Numbered from the stretch's first letter, positions 28,408 through 37,857 are shown. The stretch is 48,418 bases of DNA from an uncultured Eubacteriales bacterium (GCA_902797945.1 CADBUU010000004.1:1-48418); one strand, 5' to 3'. Numbers and translations are program-made. The notes: generated by a model from the sequence alone, not told the origin.

Positions 28408-28460
28408 GCAATCGCGAATAAACTTTCAATACAAGAAAATTTTTTTAGGAGGGTAGCAAA

Positions 28461-29870
28461 ATGCCACCGATTTTAATCACAATTATAGTAATAGTTGCAA
28501 TCGCTTTGGTTCTTTTGGGCGTAGCGGGATACTTAAAGGCCCCGCCGGATACCGCCTATATCATTTCCGGTCTCGGCAAGAGAAGGATTCTTATAGGTAA
28601 AGCCGGTTGGAGAGTGCCTTTTTTCGAAAGAGTTGATAAACTCTCTCTAAGAGTTATGCAAGTGGACGTAAAGACGAGCGAAGCCGTTCCCACGAACGAA
28701 TTTATAAACGTCAACGTCGACGGCGTAGCGAATATCAAAATATCTTCCGACCCCGAACTTTTAAAGAAGGCGGCGGAAAGTTTGCTCGGTATGCGTCAGG
28801 CGGAACTTATTAGTCTCGTTACACAGGTTCTCGAAGGTAATATGCGTGAAATCGTCGGCTCGGTAGGACTTAAAGAAATGGTTCAGGACAGACAGGGCGT
28901 AGCGAAGAAGATAACCGAAAACGTCGTTCCGGATATGGAAAAGTTGGGTATCGAAGTCGTAAACTTCAACATTCAGAACTTTAAAGACAATGCCGGCACC
29001 ATAGAAAATATGGGTATTGATAACGTCGAACAGATAAGAAAGAACGCGCAGATAGCGAAAGCCAACGCGCAGAGAGATATAGCGATAGCGACTTCTCATG
29101 CGCAAGAAGAGGCTAACGCCGTAAAGGTTGAGGCTGAAAAGAAGATTGCCGAACAGAACGCCGCTCTTTCCGTCCAACAGGCGGATATGAAGGTTAAGGC
29201 GGACACTAAAAAAGCAGAGGCTGACGCCGCATATTCTATTCAGCAGGAAAATCAGCGTAAGACCATAGAAATCACCAAGGCAAACGCAGATATAGCGAGA
29301 AAGGAAAAGGAATCCGAACTTGCCGAAAAGGCGATAGCTCTTAAAGAAAAGCAACTCGATGCCGAAGTCAGAAAACAAGCCGACGCAATGAACTATAAGA
29401 TAGAAAAAGAAGCGGAAGCGGAACTCGTTCGCCGTCAGAAAGAAGCGGAAGCCAAGAAATACGAAGCTCTTATGGAAGCGGAAGCTAAAAAGGCGGAAGC
29501 CGAAGCGGTAAGATACGCTATGGAACAAGAAGCCGCCGGTATAAGGGCGAAAGGACTTGCCGAAGCGGAAGCGATAGAGAAGAAAGCCGAAGCGCAGAAG
29601 AAAATGGGCGAAGCGTCCGTTCTCGAAATGTATCTCAACGCGCTTCCCGAAGTCGTCAAGAACGCCGCAACTCCTTTGTCTCAGACCGACAAGATAGTTA
29701 TGTATGGCGACGGAAATGCGACCAAAGTCGTAAAAGACGTTATGAACAGCGCAAATCAAGTAATGGAAGGAATGAAAGAGTCCACGGGATTAGACTTAGC
29801 AGCTCTCCTTGCCGGAGTAGTCGGAGGCAAAATGGCAAATCGAGAAAAGGAAGTTCCGACCGAGGAATAA
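28461..29870 (+). CDS. Flotillin-like SPFH/Band 7 family protein
   Basis: 469 aa with SD AGGAGGG. It has an N-terminal membrane hairpin, an SPFH domain, and a long Ala/Glu/Lys-rich coiled coil (EAEAKKYEALMEAEAKKAEAEA) typical of bacterial flotillins (FloT/YuaG-like). There is no adjacent NfeD gene. Confidence 0.85.
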   Translation: MPPILITIIVIVAIALVLLGVAGYLKAPPDTAYIISGLGKRRILIGKAGWRVPFFERVDKLSLRVMQVDVKTSEAVPTNEFINVNVDGVANIKISSDPELLKKAAESLLGMRQAELISLVTQVLEGNMREIVGSVGLKEMVQDRQGVAKKITENVVPDMEKLGIEVVNFNIQNFKDNAGTIENMGIDNVEQIRKNAQIAKANAQRDIAIATSHAQEEANAVKVEAEKKIAEQNAALSVQQADMKVKADTKKAEADAAYSIQQENQRKTIEITKANADIARKEKESELAEKAIALKEKQLDAEVRKQADAMNYKIEKEAEAELVRRQKEAEAKKYEALMEAEAKKAEAEAVRYAMEQEAAGIRAKGLAEAEAIEKKAEAQKKMGEASVLEMYLNALPEVVKNAATPLSQTDKIVMYGDGNATKVVKDVMNSANQVMEGMKESTGLDLAALLAGVVGGKMANREKEVPTEE

Positions 29871-29903
29871 GTTATAAGTCGCAAAACGCAATGATATAAA
29901 ACG

Positions 29904-29929
29904 AAAAGGCGGAGTTTGCTCCGCCTTTT
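29904..29929. terminator. Bidirectional terminator between the convergent flotillin and spoVG genes
   Basis: AAAA-GGCGGAG-TTTG-CTCCGCC-TTTT. Confidence 0.85.
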
Positions 29930-29942
29930 CAATATTTGGAAT

Positions 29943-29972
29943 AAAAAAAGACGGAGATATTTCCGTCTTTTT
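29943..29972. terminator. Second bidirectional terminator
   Basis: AAAAAA-AGACGGA-GATAT-TCCGTCT-TTTT. Confidence 0.8.
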
Positions 29973-29986
29973 CGTTGTTTGAAAAA

Positions 29987-30253
29987 TTACGCTTCCGTAA
30001 GCGCTTGATTGAACGAGGCGAGTATGGTTTCGCTTACTTGCTGTCTCGTTTCGGTGTTGATAGGATGCGCAACGTCTTTGTATTCGCCGTCCGCCGTCTT
30101 TCTGCTGGGCATCGCTATAAAGTAACCTTCGGTTCCCTCGATAACTTTGATGTCGTGAATTACGAAACAATCGTCTATCGTGATAGAAGCGACCGCTTTG
30201 AGTTTGCTGTCTTGTTTTTGGACCATTCGGATCCTTACGTCTGAGATTTTCAT
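29987..30253 (-). CDS. spoVG: Septation/regulatory protein SpoVG
   Basis: 88 aa. MKISDVRIRMVQKQDSKLKAVASITIDDCFVIHDIKVIEG...YFIAMPSRKT is canonical SpoVG. SD AGGGG lies 8 nt upstream. Confidence 0.93.
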   Translation of the reverse strand: MKISDVRIRMVQKQDSKLKAVASITIDDCFVIHDIKVIEGTEGYFIAMPSRKTADGEYKDVAHPINTETRQQVSETILASFNQALTEA

Positions 30254-30298
30254 CGTTTTTACCCCTGTTAGTCAATATTGATATCTCTATCATATTTA

Positions 30299-30327
30299 AT
30301 AATACACTAAAATTTTATACTTTTCAA
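30299..30327 (-). promoter_or_regulatory. Sigma-A-type promoter for spoVG
   Basis: On the minus strand: TTGAAA (complement of 30322-30327), 17 nt, TATTAT (complement of 30299-30304). Confidence 0.6.
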
Positions 30328-30411
30328 CAGAAAATTAAAAATAATTAAAAATTTTTTGCAATTTTGGTCATTTTTTGCAATTTTTTGGTGCAAAAAGCAT
30401 ATAAATGGGGT

Positions 30412-31743
30412 ATGAAAGAAATAAAAAAAGGGTTAAAAACCCATTTTATCGGTATCGGCGGCATAAGTATGAACGCGCTTTCGAAGTATTTGATTGGTAT
30501 GGGATTTGAAATTTCGGGGAGCGACAGCGTAAAAAGTAAGTTGACGGACGAGATAGAAGCCCTCGGCGGAGAAACGTATATAGGGCACGACGGGAGAAAT
30601 ATCGGCGACGCTCAGATAGTCGTTTACAGTTCGGCGATCGGCGAGGACAATCCTGAACTTATAGAAGCGAGAAAAAGAGGGCTTTATATTTTATCGAGGG
30701 CGGAACTTCTTAAAATGATTTCCGAAAATTTCGGAGCGGTCCTTGCGATTTCGGGTTGCCATGGTAAGACTACGACAACTTGTATGCTCGCTCATATTTT
30801 CAGATGCGCAGGAAAGCAATTTACTTCGCATATAGGAGGGATAGACCTCGTTTTGGGGAATTGTTACTCCGACGGCGACGATTATTTTATAACGGAAGCG
30901 TGTGAGTTTAAAAAAAATTTATTGCTTTTAAATCCCGATACGGCGATTTGTCTCGGAACGCAGTTCGATCATCCGGACAGTTATAAAGACGAAGAAGACT
31001 TGAAAAATTGCTATTTCGAGTTTATAGGAAAAGGTAAAAAAGCAATAATAAACGGCGACGACCAAAATCTTTCCGCCTATACGGGTGAAAACGCCGTAAA
31101 ATTCGGCGCTTCATCAAATAACGATTATTATCCGACGGAAATACGGGAGAAAAGGGGAAAATATTCTTTTACGCTTAATTACGGTAAAGATAAAAAAATT
31201 CCGATAAAATTAAAGGTATACGGAAAACATAACGTATATAACGCTCTCGCCGCATGCGCCGCCGCAATAGAAAACGGCATAAGCGAAGAGGCAATAAAAG
31301 AAGGACTTTCTTCGTTTATAGGCGTCGAGCGCAGATTTGAAAATATCGGGAAGTTAAATGGCGCGACGATAATTGCCGATTACGCGCATCATCCCGACGA
31401 GATAGGGGCGGCGGTTAAAACGGCGGAAAAAATAGCGAGAAAAAAACTTTACGTTGTCTTTCAGCCCCATACGTATTCGAGGACGATAAGTCTTAAAGAT
31501 AAATTCGTCGACGTTTTAACTGAAATCGACGAACTCGTTTTATATAAGACGTATCCCGCAAGGGAAGATTATATTTACGGCGGTTCGGCATACGACCTAT
31601 TTTTGGCGTGCGGAAAAAAAGGAGAGTATTTCGGCGACTTTGACCAAATGATTTCTTATTATAAAGACAAATTAAAGAGAGGGGATATTCTTCTCGTCTT
31701 GGGGGCAGGCGATATTTACGATTTGTTTAAAAGGGTAAAATAA
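30412..31743 (+). CDS. murC: UDP-N-acetylmuramate--L-alanine ligase
   Basis: The N-terminus HFIGIGGISMNALS, P-loop ISGCHGKTTTTCML and the Mur ligase middle and C-terminal domains (DYAHHPDEI) are present. I prefer the ATG at 30412 (443 aa) over the TTG at 30364 of the ORF track. The SD is weak and close. Confidence 0.88.
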   Translation: MKEIKKGLKTHFIGIGGISMNALSKYLIGMGFEISGSDSVKSKLTDEIEALGGETYIGHDGRNIGDAQIVVYSSAIGEDNPELIEARKRGLYILSRAELLKMISENFGAVLAISGCHGKTTTTCMLAHIFRCAGKQFTSHIGGIDLVLGNCYSDGDDYFITEACEFKKNLLLLNPDTAICLGTQFDHPDSYKDEEDLKNCYFEFIGKGKKAIINGDDQNLSAYTGENAVKFGASSNNDYYPTEIREKRGKYSFTLNYGKDKKIPIKLKVYGKHNVYNALAACAAAIENGISEEAIKEGLSSFIGVERRFENIGKLNGATIIADYAHHPDEIGAAVKTAEKIARKKLYVVFQPHTYSRTISLKDKFVDVLTEIDELVLYKTYPAREDYIYGGSAYDLFLACGKKGEYFGDFDQMISYYKDKLKRGDILLVLGAGDIYDLFKRVK

Positions 31744-31767
31744 AAACCGTTCGGTAACCCGAACGGT
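31742..31767 (-). terminator. Terminator for the minus-strand MDR gene
   Basis: 9-bp stem ACCGTTCGG/CCGAACGGT with loop TAAC. The T-tract is present only on the minus-strand reading. Confidence 0.7.
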
Positions 31768-31785
31768 AACGATTTATAGAGTGGC

Positions 31786-32811
31786 TTATCCCAACATATT
31801 TATGAGTAAACTGTCGAATTTTCGTTTTTCCTTAAAGGCTGTCATCATATTATTGAGATTTGTTTCAATATCTTCCATCTTGGTAAGAGAAAGGGGATAA
31901 TGCGAGAGGTCAACCGCTTTGTTTGCAAGCGTGTTTATCGCTGTTTCGTAGTTGCCGAAGCCGTTGGTTACGGCGATACAGGAAAGTTGTTTGCGGATAG
32001 CGAGATTCATCGGCGCCTTTATCGGCGGATACGAAAATCCGGCGAAAGCGACTTTTGCGAAAGCCGAAGATATTTTGAATGCAAGATCTACGGGAACGTT
32101 CGACCTCGAAACGTAGACGACTTTGCTTATCATTCTTCCGCCTGTTAACGCGCTTACGTCCTCTTCGATTTTGTGGCTTACCTTTAAAGTATAGTAAATA
32201 CCCGATTTTTTGGCGGGGAGAAGTTTTTCTTCGTCGTCGTCGATAAGGATCGGAACGCCTTGATAATAAATAATGAGTTGAGATAATATAGAACCGAAAA
32301 CGGACGCGCCGATAATACCGACGTGCTGACCTTTTTCGATACCGAGTTTATCTATTACCGAAAGAGCGAGGGCTATGTATTCGAGGTAGATGGCGTCCGT
32401 TTCCTTGACGCTTTGCGGAAGCGGAAAGACGTCCGCAGTCTTTAATACGGCGAAATCTTTTAAAAAGCCGTCGGAGTTTTGCCCTGCTATTTTAAAATCA
32501 AAGCATTTTTTTTCGTTGCCTTCGAGACAATGGTAACATTTACCGCACGCCCGAAGCGCGGAAATACAAACTTTCGTTCCCTTGTTAAGGTATTCCGAAG
32601 GAGAGGCGAGGTCGATTATCTGACCTATAGCCATTCTTCCCGGTATTATCGGATAGGAAACGGCTTTTCCCTCGCCGGAAATAAGCGCAATATCTTCTTC
32701 GGTAATAAGAGTTCTGGTTATCTTGATTTTAACGCTGTCGACGTCGTCGAGGAGTTCGGTCTTATTTATTTTTTCGATTTTTCCGTTTGAATTTATTTGC
32801 CAACAATTCAT
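31786..32811 (-). CDS. Medium-chain dehydrogenase/reductase (zinc-ADH-like) family protein, lacking the catalytic-zinc ligands
   Basis: 341 aa from the ATG at 32811; the track's TTG at 32886 adds 25 unlikely residues. The structural Zn motif CGKCYHCLEGNEKKC is kept, and a Rossmann glycine motif GIIGASVFG is present. The usual GHE is GRM, and the upstream catalytic Cys position has no Cys. Confidence 0.6.
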   Translation of the reverse strand: MNCWQINSNGKIEKINKTELLDDVDSVKIKITRTLITEEDIALISGEGKAVSYPIIPGRMAIGQIIDLASPSEYLNKGTKVCISALRACGKCYHCLEGNEKKCFDFKIAGQNSDGFLKDFAVLKTADVFPLPQSVKETDAIYLEYIALALSVIDKLGIEKGQHVGIIGASVFGSILSQLIIYYQGVPILIDDDEEKLLPAKKSGIYYTLKVSHKIEEDVSALTGGRMISKVVYVSRSNVPVDLAFKISSAFAKVAFAGFSYPPIKAPMNLAIRKQLSCIAVTNGFGNYETAINTLANKAVDLSHYPLSLTKMEDIETNLNNMMTAFKEKRKFDSLLINMLG

Positions 32812-32902
32812 TTTTCTAACCTTTTGTAATATTATATTACATCTACGATTATTTTGCAAGTAAAATAAACGAGAAAATTTATTCAACTATGCGTGCAAAC
32901 GA

Positions 32903-32931
32903 TTGACAAGCGCAAAAAAATAATATATAAT
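32903..32931 (+). promoter_or_regulatory. Consensus sigma-A promoter for rpmE
   Basis: TTGACA (32903-32908), 17 nt, TATAAT (32926-32931). Confidence 0.8.
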
Positions 32932-32963
32932 GTATAAGCATTAAAAGTTGTGAGGTGAGTAGA

Positions 32964-33167
32964 ATGAGATCGGAAATCCACCCTAATTATAAAAAGGTAA
33001 CCGTGCAATGCGCGTGCGGAGAGACTTTCGTTACGGGAACTACTAAAGACGTAGACGTTATCAAAGTGGATATTTGCAGTAAATGCCACCCGTTCTTCAC
33101 CGGCAAGCAGAAACTTGTCGATACCGGTGGACGCGTTGATAAATTCAAGAAAAGATACAGTCTTTAA
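32964..33167 (+). CDS. rpmE: 50S ribosomal protein L31 (zinc-binding type A)
   Basis: 67 aa from the ATG at 32964, with [32 protein letters not shown]...[13 protein letters not shown] closely parallels B. subtilis RpmE. Confidence 0.95.
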   Translation: MRSEIHPNYKKVTVQCACGETFVTGTTKDVDVIKVDICSKCHPFFTGKQKLVDTGGRVDKFKKRYSL

Positions 33168-33209
33168 TCGGCGGCTCGCCGAGGTTGTATTATGCCAAAA
33201 CGGCGGTTC

Positions 33210-33245
33210 GGCTCTGAGTTTTTATACTTAGAGCCTGTTTTTTTA
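33210..33245 (+). terminator. Intrinsic terminator after rpmE
   Basis: Stem GGCTCTGAG/CTTAGAGCC (one G-U pair), followed by TGTTTTTTT. Confidence 0.8.
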
Positions 33246-33253
33246 TAATAAAT

Positions 33254-35047
33254 ATGAAAGAAAAAAAGAATTGTAATAAAACGTATATAGGCGGTCAGGC
33301 GGTAATAGAGGGCGTAATGATGAGAGGAAAGCGCTCGATAGCGACCGCCGTCCGTGATAGCGACGGCGTGATCCGTTTAGAGGCGGACAGAATAGAGGAG
33401 AAAAAGAGCAAGATATTAAAACTTCCCGTAATAAGGGGAGCGGTAAGCTTTTTCAAATCTCTCGTAACGGGGGTAAAGATAATAACCCGTTCCGCGGAAG
33501 TTTACGGCGAAGACGAAGCCGAGCCGAGCAAATTCGAAAAGTGGCTTTCAAAGACGTTTAAAGTTGATATTATGAGCGTCGTTACTTTTATCGGCGTTTT
33601 GTTGGGGCTTGCCTTTTCGATAGGGCTTTTTATAATTCTTCCCAATTTTTTGGGCGAATTGTTCGTAAAATTCTATCCCGATAACGTTTTGAGGAATATT
33701 CTCGAAGGAATTTTGAGAATTGCGATATTCATTATATATATACTCCTTACTTCACTTTTAAAGGATATAAGAAGAACGTATATGTATCACGGCGCCGAGC
33801 ATAAGACGATAACGTGTTATGAAAAGGGATTGCCTCTTACTGTCGAAAACGTCAGAGGTTGCAGGAGAGTGCACGACAGGTGCGGAACGACGTTTATGTT
33901 TTTCGTAATGACGGTGAGCATTTTCGTCTTTACGGTATTCGGGATAATTTTCCCCTTTTTAAACGGGGAAGGTTTTTTGTATCGACTTATAAGAGTTGTG
34001 GCGAAAATACTTCTTCTTCCGCTTGTCGCAGGTCTTTCATACGAACTTTTGAAAGCGCTTGCCAAAACCGACAGTCCGCTCGTATTTATCTTTAAATTGC
34101 CGGGGCTTTTGCTTCAAAAACTCACGACGAAAGAGCCTACCGACGATATGATAGAAGTCGCAATAACCTCTTTTAATAAAGTTCTTAAAATGGACGCCGA
34201 CGAGAACGAGCCGACTTGTAAGTTCGCTTGTCCCGAAAAGGCGAATAAACTCGTCGAAGAGATAAAGGAAAAATTCAGACTTAAAAATATAGACGACAGC
34301 GATGCCGAGTGGCTTGTAAGCGAGGTCGGCGGAATAAAAAGAAGTCAACTCGATTCGGAAGTTAAAATTTCGGCTTCAAAAACGGAAGAAATAAGAAAAC
34401 TTGCCGAGGAAAGGTTGACGGGTAAACCTCTTTGCTACGTTCTCGGAAACTGTAATTTTTACGGTTACGAGATAAAGACGGACGAGAGGGCGCTTATTCC
34501 GAGGCCCGAAACGGAAGAACTCGTCGAAAGGGCGATAAAGGAAATAAAAGTCGGCGACGATGTCCTCGATATGTGTTCCGGAAGCGGGGCGATTGCGCTC
34601 GTCGTTCGTAAAAAGACGGGAGCGACGCTTACCGCAAGCGATATAAGCGACGACGCGCTTTCGCTTGCAAGGGAAAATTTCGACCGTTACGGCGAAAATA
34701 TAAAGACGGTAAAGAGCGATATTTTCGAAAATATCGACGGGCTTTTCGACGTTATAATTTGCAATCCTCCATATATAAAAAGTGAGGCTATAAGTCGATT
34801 ACAGACCGAAGTTAAAGATTTCGAACCGAAAATCGCGCTCGACGGCGGTGAGGACGGGCTTGATTTTTACAGGGCGTTTGCGCCGAAGTGTAAAAAATAT
34901 TTAAAGGAAAACGGTAAAGTCTTTTTCGAAATAGGTTACGATCAAGGAGAAAGCGTTTCGTATCTTATGGAAAAAGAAGGCTTTAAAACCGAAGTCATAA
35001 AGGATATAAGCGGAAAGGACAGAATTATTAAGGCGGAGTTAAGATGA
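33254..35047 (+). CDS. prmC: Fusion protein: DUF1385 membrane domain plus peptide chain release factor N5-glutamine methyltransferase PrmC/HemK
   Basis: 597-aa single ORF. The N-terminal ~310 aa carry the DUF1385 hallmark [15 protein letters not shown] and HGAEHK, plus TM helices. The C-terminal ~280 aa carry PrmC motifs ([31 protein letters not shown]). Confidence 0.8.
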   Translation: MKEKKNCNKTYIGGQAVIEGVMMRGKRSIATAVRDSDGVIRLEADRIEEKKSKILKLPVIRGAVSFFKSLVTGVKIITRSAEVYGEDEAEPSKFEKWLSKTFKVDIMSVVTFIGVLLGLAFSIGLFIILPNFLGELFVKFYPDNVLRNILEGILRIAIFIIYILLTSLLKDIRRTYMYHGAEHKTITCYEKGLPLTVENVRGCRRVHDRCGTTFMFFVMTVSIFVFTVFGIIFPFLNGEGFLYRLIRVVAKILLLPLVAGLSYELLKALAKTDSPLVFIFKLPGLLLQKLTTKEPTDDMIEVAITSFNKVLKMDADENEPTCKFACPEKANKLVEEIKEKFRLKNIDDSDAEWLVSEVGGIKRSQLDSEVKISASKTEEIRKLAEERLTGKPLCYVLGNCNFYGYEIKTDERALIPRPETEELVERAIKEIKVGDDVLDMCSGSGAIALVVRKKTGATLTASDISDDALSLARENFDRYGENIKTVKSDIFENIDGLFDVIICNPPYIKSEAISRLQTEVKDFEPKIALDGGEDGLDFYRAFAPKCKKYLKENGKVFFEIGYDQGESVSYLMEKEGFKTEVIKDISGKDRIIKAELR

Positions 35048-36111
35048 TAGAAAAACTCGAAGGGATTTACGAGCGATACGAGCGTTTGGGCGAACTGTTA
35101 TCGGACAGCGAAGTCATAGCCGATATGGACACTTGGAAAAAATATGCCAAGGAAAGGGCGGATATAGAGGAAACGGCGCTTAAATATTCGGAATACAAAA
35201 AGACCGAAGAGGATATGCTCGCAGCCGAAAAAATGCTCGGAGAAGAGAGCGATCCCGATATGAAAGAAATGCTCGAAGAAGAATATTATTCGTGCAAAGA
35301 TAAACTTTCGAAACAAAAAGAAGAACTTAAAATACTTCTTTTGCCAAAAGATCCCGACGACGACAAGAACGTCATAGTCGAAATAAGAGGGGGCGCAGGC
35401 GGCGAGGAAGCGGCGCTTTTTGGATACGAACTTTACAGAATGTATGTTAAATTCGCCGAAAAAAACCGTTGGAAAACGGAGGAGATCGACAGCAATATGA
35501 CCGAACTCGGCGGAGTTAAAGAAGTCGTTTTTTCCATAAGCGGCAAAGGGGTATACAGCAAACTCAAATACGAGAGCGGAGTTCACAGAGTTCAGAGAGT
35601 TCCGGATACGGAGTCGCAGGGCAGAATACACACGTCGACGGTTACCGTCGCGGTTTTGCCGGAGGCGGAAGACGTTGAAGTTCAAATTGACGAAAAAGAC
35701 CTTAAAATTGATACTTACCGTTCGAGCGGCGCCGGCGGACAGCACGTCAATAAGACCGAATCGTGTATAAGAATGACGCATATTCCGACGGGAATAGTCG
35801 TAACTTGTCAGGACGAAAGGTCGCAGATAAAGAACAGGGAAAAGGCGATGAAAGTTATGAAAAGCCGCCTATACGACTATTATAACACCAAATATCAATC
35901 CGAATATGCGGCAAACCGCAAGAGCCTCGTAGGAACGGGCGACCGTTCTGAAAGGATAAGGACGTATAATTTTCCGCAGGGAAGAATAACCGACCACAGA
36001 ATAGGATTTACTATTTATTCGTTACAGGAATTTTTAATGGGCGACATAGAAGAGATGGTCGAAGCGCTCGCAATATACGACAGGGAAGCAAAACTGTCCG
36101 AACAGTCATAA
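35044..36111 (+). CDS. prfA: Peptide chain release factor 1
   Basis: 355 aa. It has a PxT-type region and the GGQ motif ([13 protein letters not shown]). The ATG overlaps the prmC stop (ATGA). Confidence 0.97.
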   Translation: MIEKLEGIYERYERLGELLSDSEVIADMDTWKKYAKERADIEETALKYSEYKKTEEDMLAAEKMLGEESDPDMKEMLEEEYYSCKDKLSKQKEELKILLLPKDPDDDKNVIVEIRGGAGGEEAALFGYELYRMYVKFAEKNRWKTEEIDSNMTELGGVKEVVFSISGKGVYSKLKYESGVHRVQRVPDTESQGRIHTSTVTVAVLPEAEDVEVQIDEKDLKIDTYRSSGAGGQHVNKTESCIRMTHIPTGIVVTCQDERSQIKNREKAMKVMKSRLYDYYNTKYQSEYAANRKSLVGTGDRSERIRTYNFPQGRITDHRIGFTIYSLQEFLMGDIEEMVEALAIYDREAKLSEQS

Positions 36112-36133
36112 ATCGTTTATAGGGAGAAAGATA

Positions 36134-37327
36134 ATGGAAATATCCGAAAGAGCCAAAAGCATATCGCCTTCGGTAACGCTTGAAGTTTCCGCGAAAGCCA
36201 ATGCGCTTAAAGCCGAGGGAGCGTCGATTATAGCGTTTACTGCGGGCGAACCCGATTTCAATACGCCCGAATATATAATCGACGGCGCTAAAAGCGCTTT
36301 GGACGAAGGAAAGACCAAATATACCGCAACGCCCGGCATAAAAGAACTCAGAAAGGCGATAGCCGAAAAATTCAGAAAGGATAACGGGCTTGTATATACC
36401 GAAGACCAGATAGTCGTTTCCGACGGCGCGAAAAGTTCTTTATATCACGCTTTCGCGGCGATTTTGAACGACGGGGACGAGGTTATAGTTCCTTCTCCCT
36501 ATTGGGTAACTTATTGCGAACAGATAAAAATGTGCGGCGGTGTTGCCAAAGTTGTAAAAACAGACGAGAAGTCGGGCTATAAGTTGTTTAAAAGCCAACT
36601 TGAAAATGCGATAACGGATAAAACCAAATGCCTTTTGCTCAATTCTCCGTGCAATCCGACCGGCGTCGTATACGAAGAGAGCGAACTTAAAGATATAGCG
36701 AAAGTGTGCGAAGACCACGGACTTTATATCATTTCCGACGAGGTTTACGAAAAACTCGTATTCGACGGTAAAAAGCATATTTCTATCGCTTCGGTCAGTC
36801 AATACGCCAAGGAAAATACGATAGTAATAAACGGGGTTTCGAAATCTTACGCAATGACGGGTTGGAGAATAGGTTATCTCGCCGCCCCCTTAAACGTCGC
36901 TAAGGCGATTTCGAAGATGCAGGGGCATACGACGAGCAACGCTTGCTCCGTCGCTCAATATGCGGCGCTTACTGCGCTGACGGGAAGAGATGGAGAGAAT
37001 TATATAAGGTTTATGGCGTCGGAGTTCGATGAGAGAAGAAAAATTCTCTCCTCGCTTTTAGACGCGGAGGGGATAAAATACGTCTATCCGAGCGGAGCGT
37101 TTTACGTCTTTATGAGGGTGGACGACTATTTCGGGAAAAGTTACGACGGCAATAAAATAACGGGAAGCGTAGATTTTTGCAATCTTCTCCTTTCGGAAGG
37201 AGTCGCCGCAGTTCCCGGAGCGGCGTTCGGCGAGGACGGGTTCGTAAGGCTTGCGTATACCGTATCGAAAGAGGACGAGATAGAGGGAGTCAAAAGAATT
37301 TCGACTTTTTTAAAAAAACTCGTATAA
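36134..37327 (+). CDS. Pyridoxal-phosphate-dependent aminotransferase, class I (aspartate aminotransferase-like)
   Basis: 397 aa with SD GGGAGA. LNSPCNPTG and the PLP-lysine motif NGVSKSYAMTGWRIGY are present. Confidence 0.85.
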   Translation: MEISERAKSISPSVTLEVSAKANALKAEGASIIAFTAGEPDFNTPEYIIDGAKSALDEGKTKYTATPGIKELRKAIAEKFRKDNGLVYTEDQIVVSDGAKSSLYHAFAAILNDGDEVIVPSPYWVTYCEQIKMCGGVAKVVKTDEKSGYKLFKSQLENAITDKTKCLLLNSPCNPTGVVYEESELKDIAKVCEDHGLYIISDEVYEKLVFDGKKHISIASVSQYAKENTIVINGVSKSYAMTGWRIGYLAAPLNVAKAISKMQGHTTSNACSVAQYAALTALTGRDGENYIRFMASEFDERRKILSSLLDAEGIKYVYPSGAFYVFMRVDDYFGKSYDGNKITGSVDFCNLLLSEGVAAVPGAAFGEDGFVRLAYTVSKEDEIEGVKRISTFLKKLV

Positions 37328-37342
37328 AATTCATAAAAACCC

Positions 37343-37371
37343 TTGAAAAAAAAAGAAAAATAGTTTACAAT
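37343..37371 (+). promoter_or_regulatory. Sigma-A-type promoter for the mini P-loop gene
   Basis: TTGAAA (37343-37348), 17 nt, TACAAT (37366-37371). Confidence 0.6.
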
Positions 37372-37430
37372 ATAGTAAAGAAAAAACGCTCGCTTAAAAA
37401 ACTTGCGTTTTAAAACGGAGGACTTATATT

Positions 37431-37841
37431 ATGATCAAACTCGTTTACGGACCTAAGGGATTCGGAAAAACCAAAATTATTATCGACGACGTAAATTCGA
37501 CCGTAAAAACGGCGAAGGGCAACGTCGTGTTCATCACGGATAAAAAGATGGATACTGTTTCCATCGATATAAACGTCCGTATAGTAAATACCGAAGAATA
37601 CGGAATAAAATCGGCGAGCGCTTTCGAAGGTTTCGTCAAAGGACTTATTGCCGGCAACAGCGATATTGAATATATCTTTATCGACGGTATTGCGAGAATT
37701 ACGGGAAGCGGACTTAACGAACTCGAACACTTCTTTAATGACGTTTCAAAACTCAGCGAAGGACATAAAGTCAATTGCGAGTTCACTATAAGCGCCGCAA
37801 AGGAAGATTTACCTAAATATCTTCTTTCTTATCTCGGTTAA
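37431..37841 (+). CDS. Hypothetical minimal P-loop NTPase-like protein (136 aa)
   Basis: SD GGAGG. It has a Walker A-like GPKGFGKT at residues 7-14 and a Walker B-like YIFIDGI. It has its own promoter and terminator. I recognise no family. Confidence 0.5.
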   Translation: MIKLVYGPKGFGKTKIIIDDVNSTVKTAKGNVVFITDKKMDTVSIDINVRIVNTEEYGIKSASAFEGFVKGLIAGNSDIEYIFIDGIARITGSGLNELEHFFNDVSKLSEGHKVNCEFTISAAKEDLPKYLLSYLG

Positions 37842-37857
37842 ACTCAATATATTTTCA

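Noticed and set aside
28761-29759. 332-aa ORF antisense to flotillin, and similar long antisense ORFs at 17377-18258, 8228-9157, 12155-13012, 35098-35781, 16585-17190 and 43616-44359.
   Set aside because: Each lies wholly opposite a confidently identified conserved gene (flotillin, pnp, secD/secF, relA, prfA, pta). The translations are low-complexity and R/F/S/L-rich, have no SD and contain no recognisable motifs. They are shadow ORFs produced by GAA/GAC/AAA-rich codon usage on the sense strand.
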